A stretch of 24,000 bases of DNA from Candidatus Doudnabacteria bacterium (GCA_016788825.1 JAEUSD010000011.1:12322-36321); one strand, 5' to 3'; numbered from the stretch's first letter, positions 1 to 7,910 are shown. Numbers and translations: made by a program. Notes: generated from the sequence alone by a model not told the origin.

Positions 1-1170
1 GAGTAGATTTTGAAGGTTTTGGGTGATAGCAGAATTATCTTTGGCCTCTGCCTTGACTTTGGTTAGCTCGGCTTCTAGCTCGCCCACCTTTTTCTTCATT
101 TCTTCAGCTTCTTTCTTTGCTTTCACCAAATCTTGGTGTTCTTGAGAATCGATCATCTTTTGAACCAGATCTTGCTCAGAAGTCCCTTGGTTCAGGAAAT
201 AGTTCATATCTGACTGGCTGGGCTCACGTCCAAGGATTTTGACGTAGTTCTTTTTGATCATCTCGCGGCGTTGCTCGCGATCCATCATAAAATTATTGCC
301 GCCTGGCTTTGGGGCGCCGAAGGCGCCCGGAGTGCTCATAGGTGGCGAGAATCCTCCAGCGCCTATCCCCGGTGTAGAGAATCCAGCTGTGGAACCAGGG
401 GCTGGTACTGCTGGTGGGGTAGGTAAGCTTGGTTTTGTCGCTGGCGCTGGTATTGGTGGCATACCCGGCATGGATAAGCCATCTGCGAAAATATCATCAT
501 CGAGGTCGTCCATGCCGAACCCATCTAGCCCTGTTCCAGGTGCCGGAGCGGGCCTTGGCACTGGTTTTAGGTCGTCATACTTCGGTTTTTGATCTTCTGG
601 CAAGTCTTTGCCTTGCAAATCCTTCCCAAAGTATTTCAAGATTCCTTTTGCCACAGCTTTGGCCAACTCTTCCAACTTCGCATCTTCCTTCAAAATAGCG
701 ATATCTTCGGGATTATCTATGTACAATAGTTCCAATAATAATGCTGCTGGCTTGCTGCGATTCAAAAACGTCAAAGAGCGTAATTCGTGTTCATGTTCTG
801 CGTGGATGCCTTGGTTTTGGTAACCAGTTTCGCCGCATACGGTATCTACGACGACTTTAGCTAGTTTTTGTGAGTTGTTACCGCCTTCGCCTTCAAACCA
901 GGCTTCTATACCTCTTTTACCCCCGTCATTCACATGGATTTCCACGAGTACATCGTTAGCTTCTTTTGTATACCCAGTGTTATTGATCCATTCCACACGC
1001 TGGAGCAGGGGAAGATCCAAAGGAACGCCTTGAACTTCGACACCGGCTGCTTGTAGGTGGGGGATGACTTTGGGTGCAATCTTGCGGGTTAGGTCTGCTT
1101 CCCTCAGGTCACCAAATATTTGACCTGGATCCATGACTGTATGTCCTGCGGAGATTAGTGCTCGTGGCAT
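1..1170 (-). CDS. N-acetylmuramoyl-L-alanine amidase (Amidase_3 type) with Pro/Gly-rich linker, DUF4214-like segment and coiled-coil tail; partial, C-terminus lies beyond the left window edge
   Basis: This ORF is not in the supplied track because it runs off the edge. Hand translation from the ATG at 1170-1168 gives MPRALISAGHTVMDPG...LVEIHVNDGG...ALLLELLYIDNPED, a His/Glu/His zinc-amidase pattern. That is followed by a PAPAPGTG...PPIPAPATKPSLPTPPAVPAP linker, then MIKKNYVKILGREPSQSDMNYFLNQG (DUF4214-like), then KAKKEAEEMKKKVGELEAELTKVKAEAK. The frame stays open to base 1 (390 codons). Confidence 0.75.
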   Translation of the reverse strand, partial: MPRALISAGHTVMDPGQIFGDLREADLTRKIAPKVIPHLQAAGVEVQGVPLDLPLLQRVEWINNTGYTKEANDVLVEIHVNDGGKRGIEAWFEGEGGNNSQKLAKVVVDTVCGETGYQNQGIHAEHEHELRSLTFLNRSKPAALLLELLYIDNPEDIAILKEDAKLEELAKAVAKGILKYFGKDLQGKDLPEDQKPKYDDLKPVPRPAPAPGTGLDGFGMDDLDDDIFADGLSMPGMPPIPAPATKPSLPTPPAVPAPGSTAGFSTPGIGAGGFSPPMSTPGAFGAPKPGGNNFMMDREQRREMIKKNYVKILGREPSQSDMNYFLNQGTSEQDLVQKMIDSQEHQDLVKAKKEAEEMKKKVGELEAELTKVKAEAKDNSAITQNLQNLL

Positions 1171-1176
1171 GCCAGG

Positions 1177-1182
1177 ATTATA
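1177..1182 (-). promoter_or_regulatory. -10 box TATAAT (extended TGa) 6 nt upstream of the amidase ATG; candidate leaderless promoter
   Basis: The minus strand reads aaTGaTATAATcctggcATG. There is no purine-rich SD between the box and the start codon. Confidence 0.4.
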
Positions 1183-1207
1183 TCATTTGGAATATATCTA
1201 GTGGGGT

Positions 1208-1615
1208 TTAGCCGTTTAACTTTCCCATAAACTGCCAGCAATTGCCGTCGGGGTCGAGCCAGGTGCAGACATAGATCTGTTTCTCGTCTGTGGCGAAGGG
1301 GGTGAGGGCAGGGGGTTGCAAGATCTCGCAGCCTGCAGATTTGACTTTCTCATACCATTTTTGAACCTCATCTGTCTTAAGATTATGCATGATGCGGACA
1401 GGCTCTTTGCTTTTGCCTACGACCTCAGAGTGTTTACCGATCCAGCAAACTGGGAGCTCTCCGCTATTCATTTGGTAACCGTAGTCGGCACCGACTTCGT
1501 TTTTGGCTGGGAGGTCGACTTTCTCGGCGACTTGAAGCTCGAGCACGTCACGGTAGAATTCCATGAGCTTATCTGGATTTTCGGACCAAATGAGGATGTG
1601 TGTACCTTTGAACAT
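1208..1615 (-). CDS. VOC (glyoxalase/bleomycin-resistance/dioxygenase) family protein
   Basis: The N-terminus MFKGTHILIWSENPDKLMEFYRDVLEL and the small size are typical of VOC-fold proteins. I chose the ATG at 1615 rather than the TTG at 1630 used by the ORF track. Confidence 0.65.
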   Translation of the reverse strand: MFKGTHILIWSENPDKLMEFYRDVLELQVAEKVDLPAKNEVGADYGYQMNSGELPVCWIGKHSEVVGKSKEPVRIMHNLKTDEVQKWYEKVKSAGCEILQPPALTPFATDEKQIYVCTWLDPDGNCWQFMGKLNG

Positions 1616-1620
1616 GGGAT

Positions 1621-1626
1621 ATTTTA
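1621..1626 (-). promoter_or_regulatory. -10 box TAAAAT (extended TGc) 5 nt upstream of the VOC ATG
   Basis: The minus strand reads tttTGcTAAAATatcccATG. This is one half of a 42-bp back-to-back divergent promoter region (1616-1657). Confidence 0.4.
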
Positions 1627-1646
1627 GCAAAAATGTAGAAACCAGA

Positions 1647-1652
1647 TATAAT
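1647..1652 (+). promoter_or_regulatory. -10 box TATAAT 5 nt upstream of the ATG at 1658
   Basis: The plus strand reads ccagaTATAATgcagcATG, with no SD. Confidence 0.4.
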
Positions 1653-1657
1653 GCAGC

Positions 1658-3472
1658 ATGGATAGATTAGAAGAAGGGCTTGCTAAGGTTCAATCTCTGG
1701 AACTGGCAAGAGCCTGGAAAAAGTATAGAGTAACTCCCCGTCTTATCGTTATGTCAGCAGCGTTAATGACTTTTGTACTTGCCCAGAATATAACAGAACC
1801 GATGAGGCATCCTCGGCAACGCGGAAGAGGTGTTAAAGTGGAAATACCTGAAAAACCCTTACTAAAAGATCTTACTGCACATAGTGATTACACTGCTGAG
1901 CCATTCTCGTTAGACCCTACTGGTCGAGTTATTGTAAATCCGGCCTATCCGGGCCAATTGGCAAGATATTACTCATTGATAACCAGTGTAAACCTTGCTG
2001 CGCTTGACGAGCAAAGTATAGAGGAAGTTCTAAGGTTATTCCTTAGCGTAATAAATGGAGATCAAGAACTTCCTCCTGCGGATGAGTTTTTTACACCTGA
2101 AGCTGAGATGCAGATAACTGTGCCCAACGTGATTAGGTCGATGAGACCCTTTTTGGCAGAATTGCCAAGTGAACAGTTTTTTAAATTGTACCAAGCGATT
2201 AACACATGGTTAGGAGGTAATCCTCCCACTTACGATATCAATCGCGAATCGAATCTGGCTTTAGTAGAGTTTCTGTTCCGAAAACTAGCCTATGGTATGA
2301 ATAATATTGACCCGCAAGCAGATACTTCATACACACTGATTCCTGAGTTGCCTTTGACTGGAGATAAGGTAAACGAATTTAAGGCGGGATTGATTGCTTA
2401 TCGTGACTCGCAGCCTGCTGAAAAAGTAGAAATTTATCGAATCTGGCTGCTGAAAGTCATGCTGGAAAGTGATTTGGGGGCTTACGAGCTTGGACAGATC
2501 TTAAGTACAATGAATTCGGTTTTTGGTTCTATTAATCTTGATGCATATCCCTTCGATTTGAATACGGGAACTATCTCGGTGCCTTCTCCGTTACCCGAAA
2601 GGTTAAACACAGATAAGATCCTAACAGAACTTGCAAACCAGATAGGTTTGAGTACTAGTGCGATAGACCAGGAGATCGGGCTAGGGCTTTTGTTTGGCTC
2701 ACTAGGTCAGATTGATGAATTAGGACTGGCTGAGCCATTTCCAGGTGCTGATGGACAGTTCTTTGCTAAATATCCACTGATGGGGGTACGTGATACAGAT
2801 CCTAGTAGTGAGGTAATTAGGAATTATGTTGGGGTTGTTGTTCATGAGTTTGCTCACACACGCTACAGCGCACTTAGGTTCAAGACCTGGTCTGAGGTAG
2901 CAGGCGTACAAATGACCTATGAACAAGCATTTTGGTATTACATTTTCAGGGTGTATGCTGGGTATGAGGAAGTAGATGCTGGTTTCTACGAACTTGTGAA
3001 GACTACAATTGATTCTAGGGGCAAGACTGACAAGTATGGTAGCTATATGGGGGTAATAGGGAGGTATTTCCATGATGTAGGGTTAGATATCGAATCTGTT
3101 CCCATAGAAGATCCAAAATTATTTGCAGATTTCTGGACTACCAGCGGGCTTTCGGCTGGTGTTGTGACAACACAAATTGAAGGAGCGGATATTGGTCCTT
3201 TTGATGAAGGTCATTCGCGCATAATGCAGGGAAGTTACCTCTTTATCCGTGAGCTGCCAGCGGATTTCGCAAAGTTTGCTGCACAGGTCTATGATTCTGA
3301 GAACAGGCTAATGCTTAGTGACTTAGACGAGTTTATAATTGGATTTGCGGATTTTATAACTATGCTCATGATTATGATGAGTGTGGTTAGTCCTGAAATA
3401 CTTGATCTTACCTTAGCTTTGGGAAAAAAGCGATCTACACGGCGAGTTCCGACAGAAGTTTATAAAAGCTAA
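1658..3472 (+). CDS. Hypothetical membrane-anchored protein with an HExxH (HEFAH) zinc-metalloprotease-like motif
   Basis: This is a 604-aa uninterrupted ORF. It has a hydrophobic N-terminal segment (LIVMSAALMTFVLAQNI), the motif VVVHEFAHTRY around residue 395, and a hydrophobic C-terminal segment (FIIGFADFITMLMIMMSVV). I recognise no other family signature. Confidence 0.6.
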   Translation: MDRLEEGLAKVQSLELARAWKKYRVTPRLIVMSAALMTFVLAQNITEPMRHPRQRGRGVKVEIPEKPLLKDLTAHSDYTAEPFSLDPTGRVIVNPAYPGQLARYYSLITSVNLAALDEQSIEEVLRLFLSVINGDQELPPADEFFTPEAEMQITVPNVIRSMRPFLAELPSEQFFKLYQAINTWLGGNPPTYDINRESNLALVEFLFRKLAYGMNNIDPQADTSYTLIPELPLTGDKVNEFKAGLIAYRDSQPAEKVEIYRIWLLKVMLESDLGAYELGQILSTMNSVFGSINLDAYPFDLNTGTISVPSPLPERLNTDKILTELANQIGLSTSAIDQEIGLGLLFGSLGQIDELGLAEPFPGADGQFFAKYPLMGVRDTDPSSEVIRNYVGVVVHEFAHTRYSALRFKTWSEVAGVQMTYEQAFWYYIFRVYAGYEEVDAGFYELVKTTIDSRGKTDKYGSYMGVIGRYFHDVGLDIESVPIEDPKLFADFWTTSGLSAGVVTTQIEGADIGPFDEGHSRIMQGSYLFIRELPADFAKFAAQVYDSENRLMLSDLDEFIIGFADFITMLMIMMSVVSPEILDLTLALGKKRSTRRVPTEVYKS

Positions 3473-4170
3473 TATTTTTCGACTATAAATTTCTTCTCGC
3501 TGAAGCGGATGTGTTTGTCGTTGATGCTTTCAATTATCCGTACAACATCAGGGAAGAGGTCTGGCAATTCGGCGATTTCTTCTTTTGTTAGCCAAACATT
3601 TTGTCCTCCTTCGAAACTTTCAATCAAATCTCCCTTGCAGTTTTCTGCCCGGAAACGTAGAAATACCTTGTCTTCTAGCAAATTACCATCCGTAGCATAG
3701 TCCATTTTGTGCCAGATTTCGGTCAGAGTGAGATCGCCCGATAAGCCAGCTTCTTCTAGGAATTCTCTGTTCGCACATTCTTCAATGGTTTCTCCCCAGC
3801 GAACTTTTCCGGTTACAAAACCGTAGAATCCGAAGTAAGGATTTTTCAATCTTTTTTGAACCAAGTACTGAGTTTTACCTTTCTCCTTGCGAACACCGAC
3901 GACAACGATGCTGACTTTAGGCTGTCTCTCAAGCTTTTGTTCTTCTGTATCGAAACGGTTGGCGAACTCTTTGCCTTCATTTGTGAGGCTGTACTCCCCA
4001 GATTTCTGCTTAACCACTAACCCTGCCTTCACAAGACTTTGGAGGTGGAAGTTGAAGTGGTCAGTCTCCAATTTCTGATCGTTGAGATCGGCGAAGCGGA
4101 TGTCTGGTTTGAATAGTAGTTTAGTTAAAATCTGGGCTTGGATAGAATGAACTTTGATTTCTGTATGCAT
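3469..4170 (-). CDS. Winged-helix (ArsR/MarR-like) domain fused to a NUDIX hydrolase domain
   Basis: The Nudix box is GKVRWGETIEECANREFLEEAGL (Gx5Ex7REUxEExGU). The N-terminal segment QAQILTKLLF...HFNFHLQSLVKAGLVVKQKSGEYSLTNEGKEF looks like a wHTH. Confidence 0.8.
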   Translation of the reverse strand: MHTEIKVHSIQAQILTKLLFKPDIRFADLNDQKLETDHFNFHLQSLVKAGLVVKQKSGEYSLTNEGKEFANRFDTEEQKLERQPKVSIVVVGVRKEKGKTQYLVQKRLKNPYFGFYGFVTGKVRWGETIEECANREFLEEAGLSGDLTLTEIWHKMDYATDGNLLEDKVFLRFRAENCKGDLIESFEGGQNVWLTKEEIAELPDLFPDVVRIIESINDKHIRFSEKKFIVEKY

Positions 4171-4259
4171 AGTTGAGATTTAAGTGACTGAATTCTAGCG
4201 CACGAGAGCGAGGTTTCAAGTGAAGAGGGTTTCGGCAAAAGTGATTAATATATTCGTGA

Positions 4260-4265
4260 TAATAT
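4260..4265 (+). promoter_or_regulatory. -10 box TAATAT (extended TGa) 5 nt upstream of the ATG at 4271
   Basis: The plus strand reads cgTGaTAATATccagcATG. This supports the 4271 start rather than the GTG at 4220. Confidence 0.35.
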
Positions 4266-4270
4266 CCAGC

Positions 4271-4699
4271 ATGGATAATCTTCTACAAAGAAATGGAATA
4301 CTCTGGGGTCAAATTGAAACTGAAGGATATAGAATTGAGCAATTTTTAGTGGGCAATGTCTATACGACTCAGCCCTCAGTTTACAGAGATGAACTTGAAG
4401 CTATACTTGAACTTTATAGGGGACGAAAAGTTAGGGTAGCGCCTCCCACGGCATTTATTCTTGAAGGGCAAGATAAAGTGGTCATATTTGATGGAAATAA
4501 AAGAGCACTAGCAATGTTAAAGTTAGTTCAAGAAGAGGGGTATGTTAGTACTGACAAAGGACTTTACCCTTCACATGAGGCCTTTCAAATGGACTGTGGC
4601 ATTTATTTAAACCATATTCCATTAGCAATCTTAAAACCTCACGGACTTCCTGGGTATAGCCTTCACCACATCACTAAAACAGAAATTATTGAGAGGTAG
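4271..4699 (+). CDS. Hypothetical protein with a possible degenerate ParB/Srx-fold motif
   Basis: The 142-aa product contains DKVVIFDGNKRALAMLKLVQEEG, which resembles the hhhhDGxHRxxA core of ParB-like nuclease/sulfiredoxin-fold domains. The region is AT-rich and the gene converges on parB. Confidence 0.5.
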   Translation: MDNLLQRNGILWGQIETEGYRIEQFLVGNVYTTQPSVYRDELEAILELYRGRKVRVAPPTAFILEGQDKVVIFDGNKRALAMLKLVQEEGYVSTDKGLYPSHEAFQMDCGIYLNHIPLAILKPHGLPGYSLHHITKTEIIER

Positions 4700-4708
4700 T
4701 GACTATTC

Positions 4709-5560
4709 TTATCTCAAAAGCCCATAAATATTATCCAGCTCCTCATCGCTTGTGAACGGGATTACGATCTTGCCGCCTTTTTGAGAGCGACTGAGGGTGA
4801 CGGATTTGCCGAACTTGGCGCGGAGGGAGTTTTCGATCTCACTAGTTTTTTCGTCTAGGATGCGAAGGTCGCGCCTTACTTGGCGTTTGTGGCCTTTGTT
4901 GAGACGTCGGACTAGCTCTTCGACAGCGCGAACAGATAGGTTATCTCTGAGGATGATTTTATACGTGGCGATCATTGTTTCGGTCGAGTCTAGCCCAAGT
5001 AAGGCGCGGGCATGACCTTCGGTAATCTTTTCTTCCAGTAACCCGCGCTTGATCTCCTCTGGCAACGTCAAAAGGCGGATTTTATTTGCTACCGCCGGGC
5101 GGCTGAGGCCTAGTTTCTTGGCAATAGTGTCGTGAGTTTGTTGAAATATATTCGCTAATTGATCAAACGCAAGGGCTTCTTCAAGTGGATTCAAGTCGGC
5201 GCGCTGGACATTTTCAACAATTGCCAGTTCAAGCATCTCCTGAGCAGAGGCTTCCTTGACTACAACTGGCACAGTTTCAAGTCCGGCAAGTTTGGAGGCA
5301 CGCCAGCGGCGCTCTCCGGCGATCAATTCGTACTTGTTATCTCCCTTTTTGGTAACGATCAATGGTTCAATCACGCCGTGCTCACGGATAGAGTCAGCCA
5401 ATTCAACTAGCTGTTCAGGCTTCATCTCTACACGTGGTTGATAAGGGTTGGCCACAATGTGGTCTATTGGAAGAGTAGGGATGTATCCGGATTGGACACC
5501 GGCTACGGTTTCCTCGCTTATTAATGCTGATAGTCCTTTGCCTAATCCTTTCTTAGTCAT
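4709..5560 (-). CDS. parB: Chromosome partitioning protein ParB (Spo0J family)
   Basis: It has the ParB box LIAGERRWRASKLAG, an HTH region (TIAKKLGLSRPAVANKIRLL) and the typical N-terminus KGLGKGLSALI. Confidence 0.92.
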   Translation of the reverse strand: MTKKGLGKGLSALISEETVAGVQSGYIPTLPIDHIVANPYQPRVEMKPEQLVELADSIREHGVIEPLIVTKKGDNKYELIAGERRWRASKLAGLETVPVVVKEASAQEMLELAIVENVQRADLNPLEEALAFDQLANIFQQTHDTIAKKLGLSRPAVANKIRLLTLPEEIKRGLLEEKITEGHARALLGLDSTETMIATYKIILRDNLSVRAVEELVRRLNKGHKRQVRRDLRILDEKTSEIENSLRAKFGKSVTLSRSQKGGKIVIPFTSDEELDNIYGLLR

Positions 5561-5630
5561 AGTTTCACGGATTTAAGATAGGTAATGATCCCAGATTTTG
5601 GGTGGGAATTCAAGGGTAGAGCTTTTGCTG

Positions 5631-6425
5631 TTAATCCGAGTTATGTAAATACAGCCCGGGATTCTTAATGAGGTCAATAACTAGACTGTATAGGTCGGAG
5701 AGAACGGGAAAAGGAAGATCTTTTAGTACGGGTAACAGAGTTACTAGGATTAACTGATATCTTTCTAGGTTGCCTGTGGGATTCATTTTGATTTGTTCAA
5801 TTACTTTATCTACAACTGTGTAGAAAGCATTGAACCTCCTTGGAATTTGTCTGTAGAAGTTAGTAATACTATCTTTGTTTGTGTTTAAGTATACCGATAG
5901 TTTCATCAAACTTGTGTGGAATTCCGTTTGATCCATTATTAAAAGATCGTAGGTTTTTCTAAGCAGCAAACTATCTAAGTTGGGTACTTCCCTCAGGTAA
6001 TCAGGGTTGCCGTTCCTTAGCTTTTCTATTTTTTTGTCTACCTCTAGGATCAAAGGGTCCTGATACTCCTCTCTGTCGATTACCTCTAAAGCATCATTGT
6101 ATATTCTAAGGCCGAAGATTATGGACATATCTGTGACAAGGCTCACTAGATTATTAGTCCTGGTCTGTCCTTCGGCATCCAAGTAAGTTACCCTAATTTT
6201 TTTGGGTAACAGCAGTGGTGCGAGGTCAAGTACATTGGAGGCGTATCCGGCGTCATACATTCTCAGGAAAAGCCCAAAGAATCTTAAAGCCTTCTCATCT
6301 TCTAGGGCATTCAGTACTCCCTCTACCTCTGATTGCAAGCTCTCGCTTAATTCTTGTTGAAGGTCTAACTGGCTCAGGAATTCGCCCAGGTTTGGTTTAT
6401 TGAAACCTTCAGGTCCGGAACTCAT
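5631..6425 (-). CDS. Hypothetical protein (264 aa) encoded between parA and parB
   Basis: This is a clean ORF on the same strand as the flanking par genes, with 31-nt and 70-nt gaps. I see no recognisable motif. It looks predicted-helical and acidic and lacks a TM segment. It is visibly more AT-rich than parA and parB. Confidence 0.6.
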   Translation of the reverse strand: MSSGPEGFNKPNLGEFLSQLDLQQELSESLQSEVEGVLNALEDEKALRFFGLFLRMYDAGYASNVLDLAPLLLPKKIRVTYLDAEGQTRTNNLVSLVTDMSIIFGLRIYNDALEVIDREEYQDPLILEVDKKIEKLRNGNPDYLREVPNLDSLLLRKTYDLLIMDQTEFHTSLMKLSVYLNTNKDSITNFYRQIPRRFNAFYTVVDKVIEQIKMNPTGNLERYQLILVTLLPVLKDLPFPVLSDLYSLVIDLIKNPGLYLHNSD

Positions 6426-6456
6426 AAACTTATCCTAGCAGACAGTAGTGTATGTA

Positions 6457-7254
6457 TCAAGCTGTAATGAATCTCTTAATGACTTCGGTTGCGAGGGCGG
6501 AGTAGGCCTTGGCGCCGGCGGATTGGGCGTCATAATCATGGATGGAGAGTCCATGCGACGGCGCCTCGGATAACCGGATGTTCCTTGGGATCACCGCTTC
6601 AAACACTGTATCTTTGAAAAATGCGCGCACTTCGTTTGCCACGTCGCGGCTGAGGTTTGTACGGTTATCGAACATGGTGAGGATCACGCCACCGATTTCA
6701 AGCTCTGGGTTCAGTTTAGATTTGACGAGTTTAATCGTGTTCATCAATTGGCCGAGTCCTTCTAGTGCAAAATATTCGCATTGAATTGGGATCAGCATCT
6801 TGTCCGCGGCTGTAAGCGCGTTGATAGTCAAAATTCCCAATGAAGGAGGGCAGTCGATGATGATAAGCTCGTAATCCTTTTTCACTTTCGCTAAAGCAGA
6901 CTTGAGAATGTTCTCGCGAGACATCATATTTACCATTTCCACCTCAGCCCCAGACAATTCGATTCCTGCGGGTAGTACTTCCAAGTTCTCTGTCTGCGAT
7001 TTAACGATGATTTCGGCGGGCTCAGCAGAGTTTACAAGGAGGTCATAGATGGTCTTTTGGGTACTGTCCTTGCCAGTGATATCCGTTGGACCATCTTTGT
7101 GCACATTGATGCTGAGCCCGGAAGTGAGATTTGCTTGAGGATCGAGGTCAACCAAGAGTACTTTATGCCCGGCGTTGGCTAGGTAAACGCCCAAATTTAT
7201 CACAGTGGTCGTCTTGCCAACGCCACCTTTTTGGTTCATCACACTGAGTATCAT
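6457..7254 (-). CDS. parA: ParA/Soj family partition ATPase
   Basis: It has the deviant Walker A NQKGGVGKTTT, plus LLVDLDPQANLT and IIIDCPPSLG. Confidence 0.92.
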   Translation of the reverse strand: MILSVMNQKGGVGKTTTVINLGVYLANAGHKVLLVDLDPQANLTSGLSINVHKDGPTDITGKDSTQKTIYDLLVNSAEPAEIIVKSQTENLEVLPAGIELSGAEVEMVNMMSRENILKSALAKVKKDYELIIIDCPPSLGILTINALTAADKMLIPIQCEYFALEGLGQLMNTIKLVKSKLNPELEIGGVILTMFDNRTNLSRDVANEVRAFFKDTVFEAVIPRNIRLSEAPSHGLSIHDYDAQSAGAKAYSALATEVIKRFITA

Positions 7255-7910
7255 TTTTGTACACTAACAGGGCAGAGTGTTTTGGGGGCAGTGTTGTTTG
7301 AGCTTATTAAACCGAAAGTGCTGAGCGGCCAATACGTCAAAATTACTTTGCCTTGTAGCCATTCACGTTTAATTTGTCCAATCTCGTTGAACCTAGAATC
7401 TAAACTGTTGTTACGGTTATCCCCCATCAAAAAGTAGAACCCTGGATCAATAGTTACTTCTTCACCTTCTGCCAAGTAACTTCCACCATTTGTACGTCTC
7501 TCTGGAGGGAGATAGCTTTCCAGCAACCGTTCTCCATTTACGTAAACCCTCCCATCACGAATGCTTACCTTGTCTCCTCCAATGGCGATAACTCTTTTTA
7601 CAAGAGCTTTTTCTCTGTCTGGTTTCTGGAATACCACGATATCTCCTCGCTGGTAATCTAACCCCATGCTTTGGCCGAACGGGGTAGAACCTAGCCATAC
7701 GGATAATTTATTCGTGAGCAAAAGCTGAGCGTCTTCGAAGTTGGGGCACATCGAGTAGCCATCAACTTGATTTGGTGTGAGGATAAACAGATACAGAACT
7801 ATGCAGATGAATAGTGCCACTACAATTGATTGCAGCATATCTACAACTATCCCCCCGCTTCTTTTCGGCTTTGCCGGTTGTTCAAAAAAAGGATTATCAA
7901 TATTGTCCAT
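7251..7910 (-). CDS. lepB: Signal peptidase I
   Basis: It has an N-terminal TM segment, the catalytic Ser box GYSMCPNF, the Lys box KRVIAIGGDKV, and GDNRNNSLDSR. Its stop overlaps the parA start in an ATGA arrangement (7251-7254). Confidence 0.9.
   Translation of the reverse strand: MDNIDNPFFEQPAKPKRSGGIVVDMLQSIVVALFICIVLYLFILTPNQVDGYSMCPNFEDAQLLLTNKLSVWLGSTPFGQSMGLDYQRGDIVVFQKPDREKALVKRVIAIGGDKVSIRDGRVYVNGERLLESYLPPERRTNGGSYLAEGEEVTIDPGFYFLMGDNRNNSLDSRFNEIGQIKREWLQGKVILTYWPLSTFGLISSNNTAPKTLCPVSVQK

Noticed and set aside
254-823. Three plus-strand track ORFs (254-592, 429-698, 608-823)
   Set aside because: They lie antisense to the well-supported amidase gene. Their Gly/Pro/Ala-rich translations are mirror images of its Pro-rich linker and have no start context.
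5562-5577. parS-like half site GTTTCACG immediately upstream of parB, and GGTTTCAAGTGAAG at 4213-4226
   Set aside because: Only one half of the TGTTTCACGTGAAACA palindrome matches at 5562 (the second half is GATTTAAG). The 4213 site matches about 11 of 16 positions. This is too weak to call parS without a genome-wide search.
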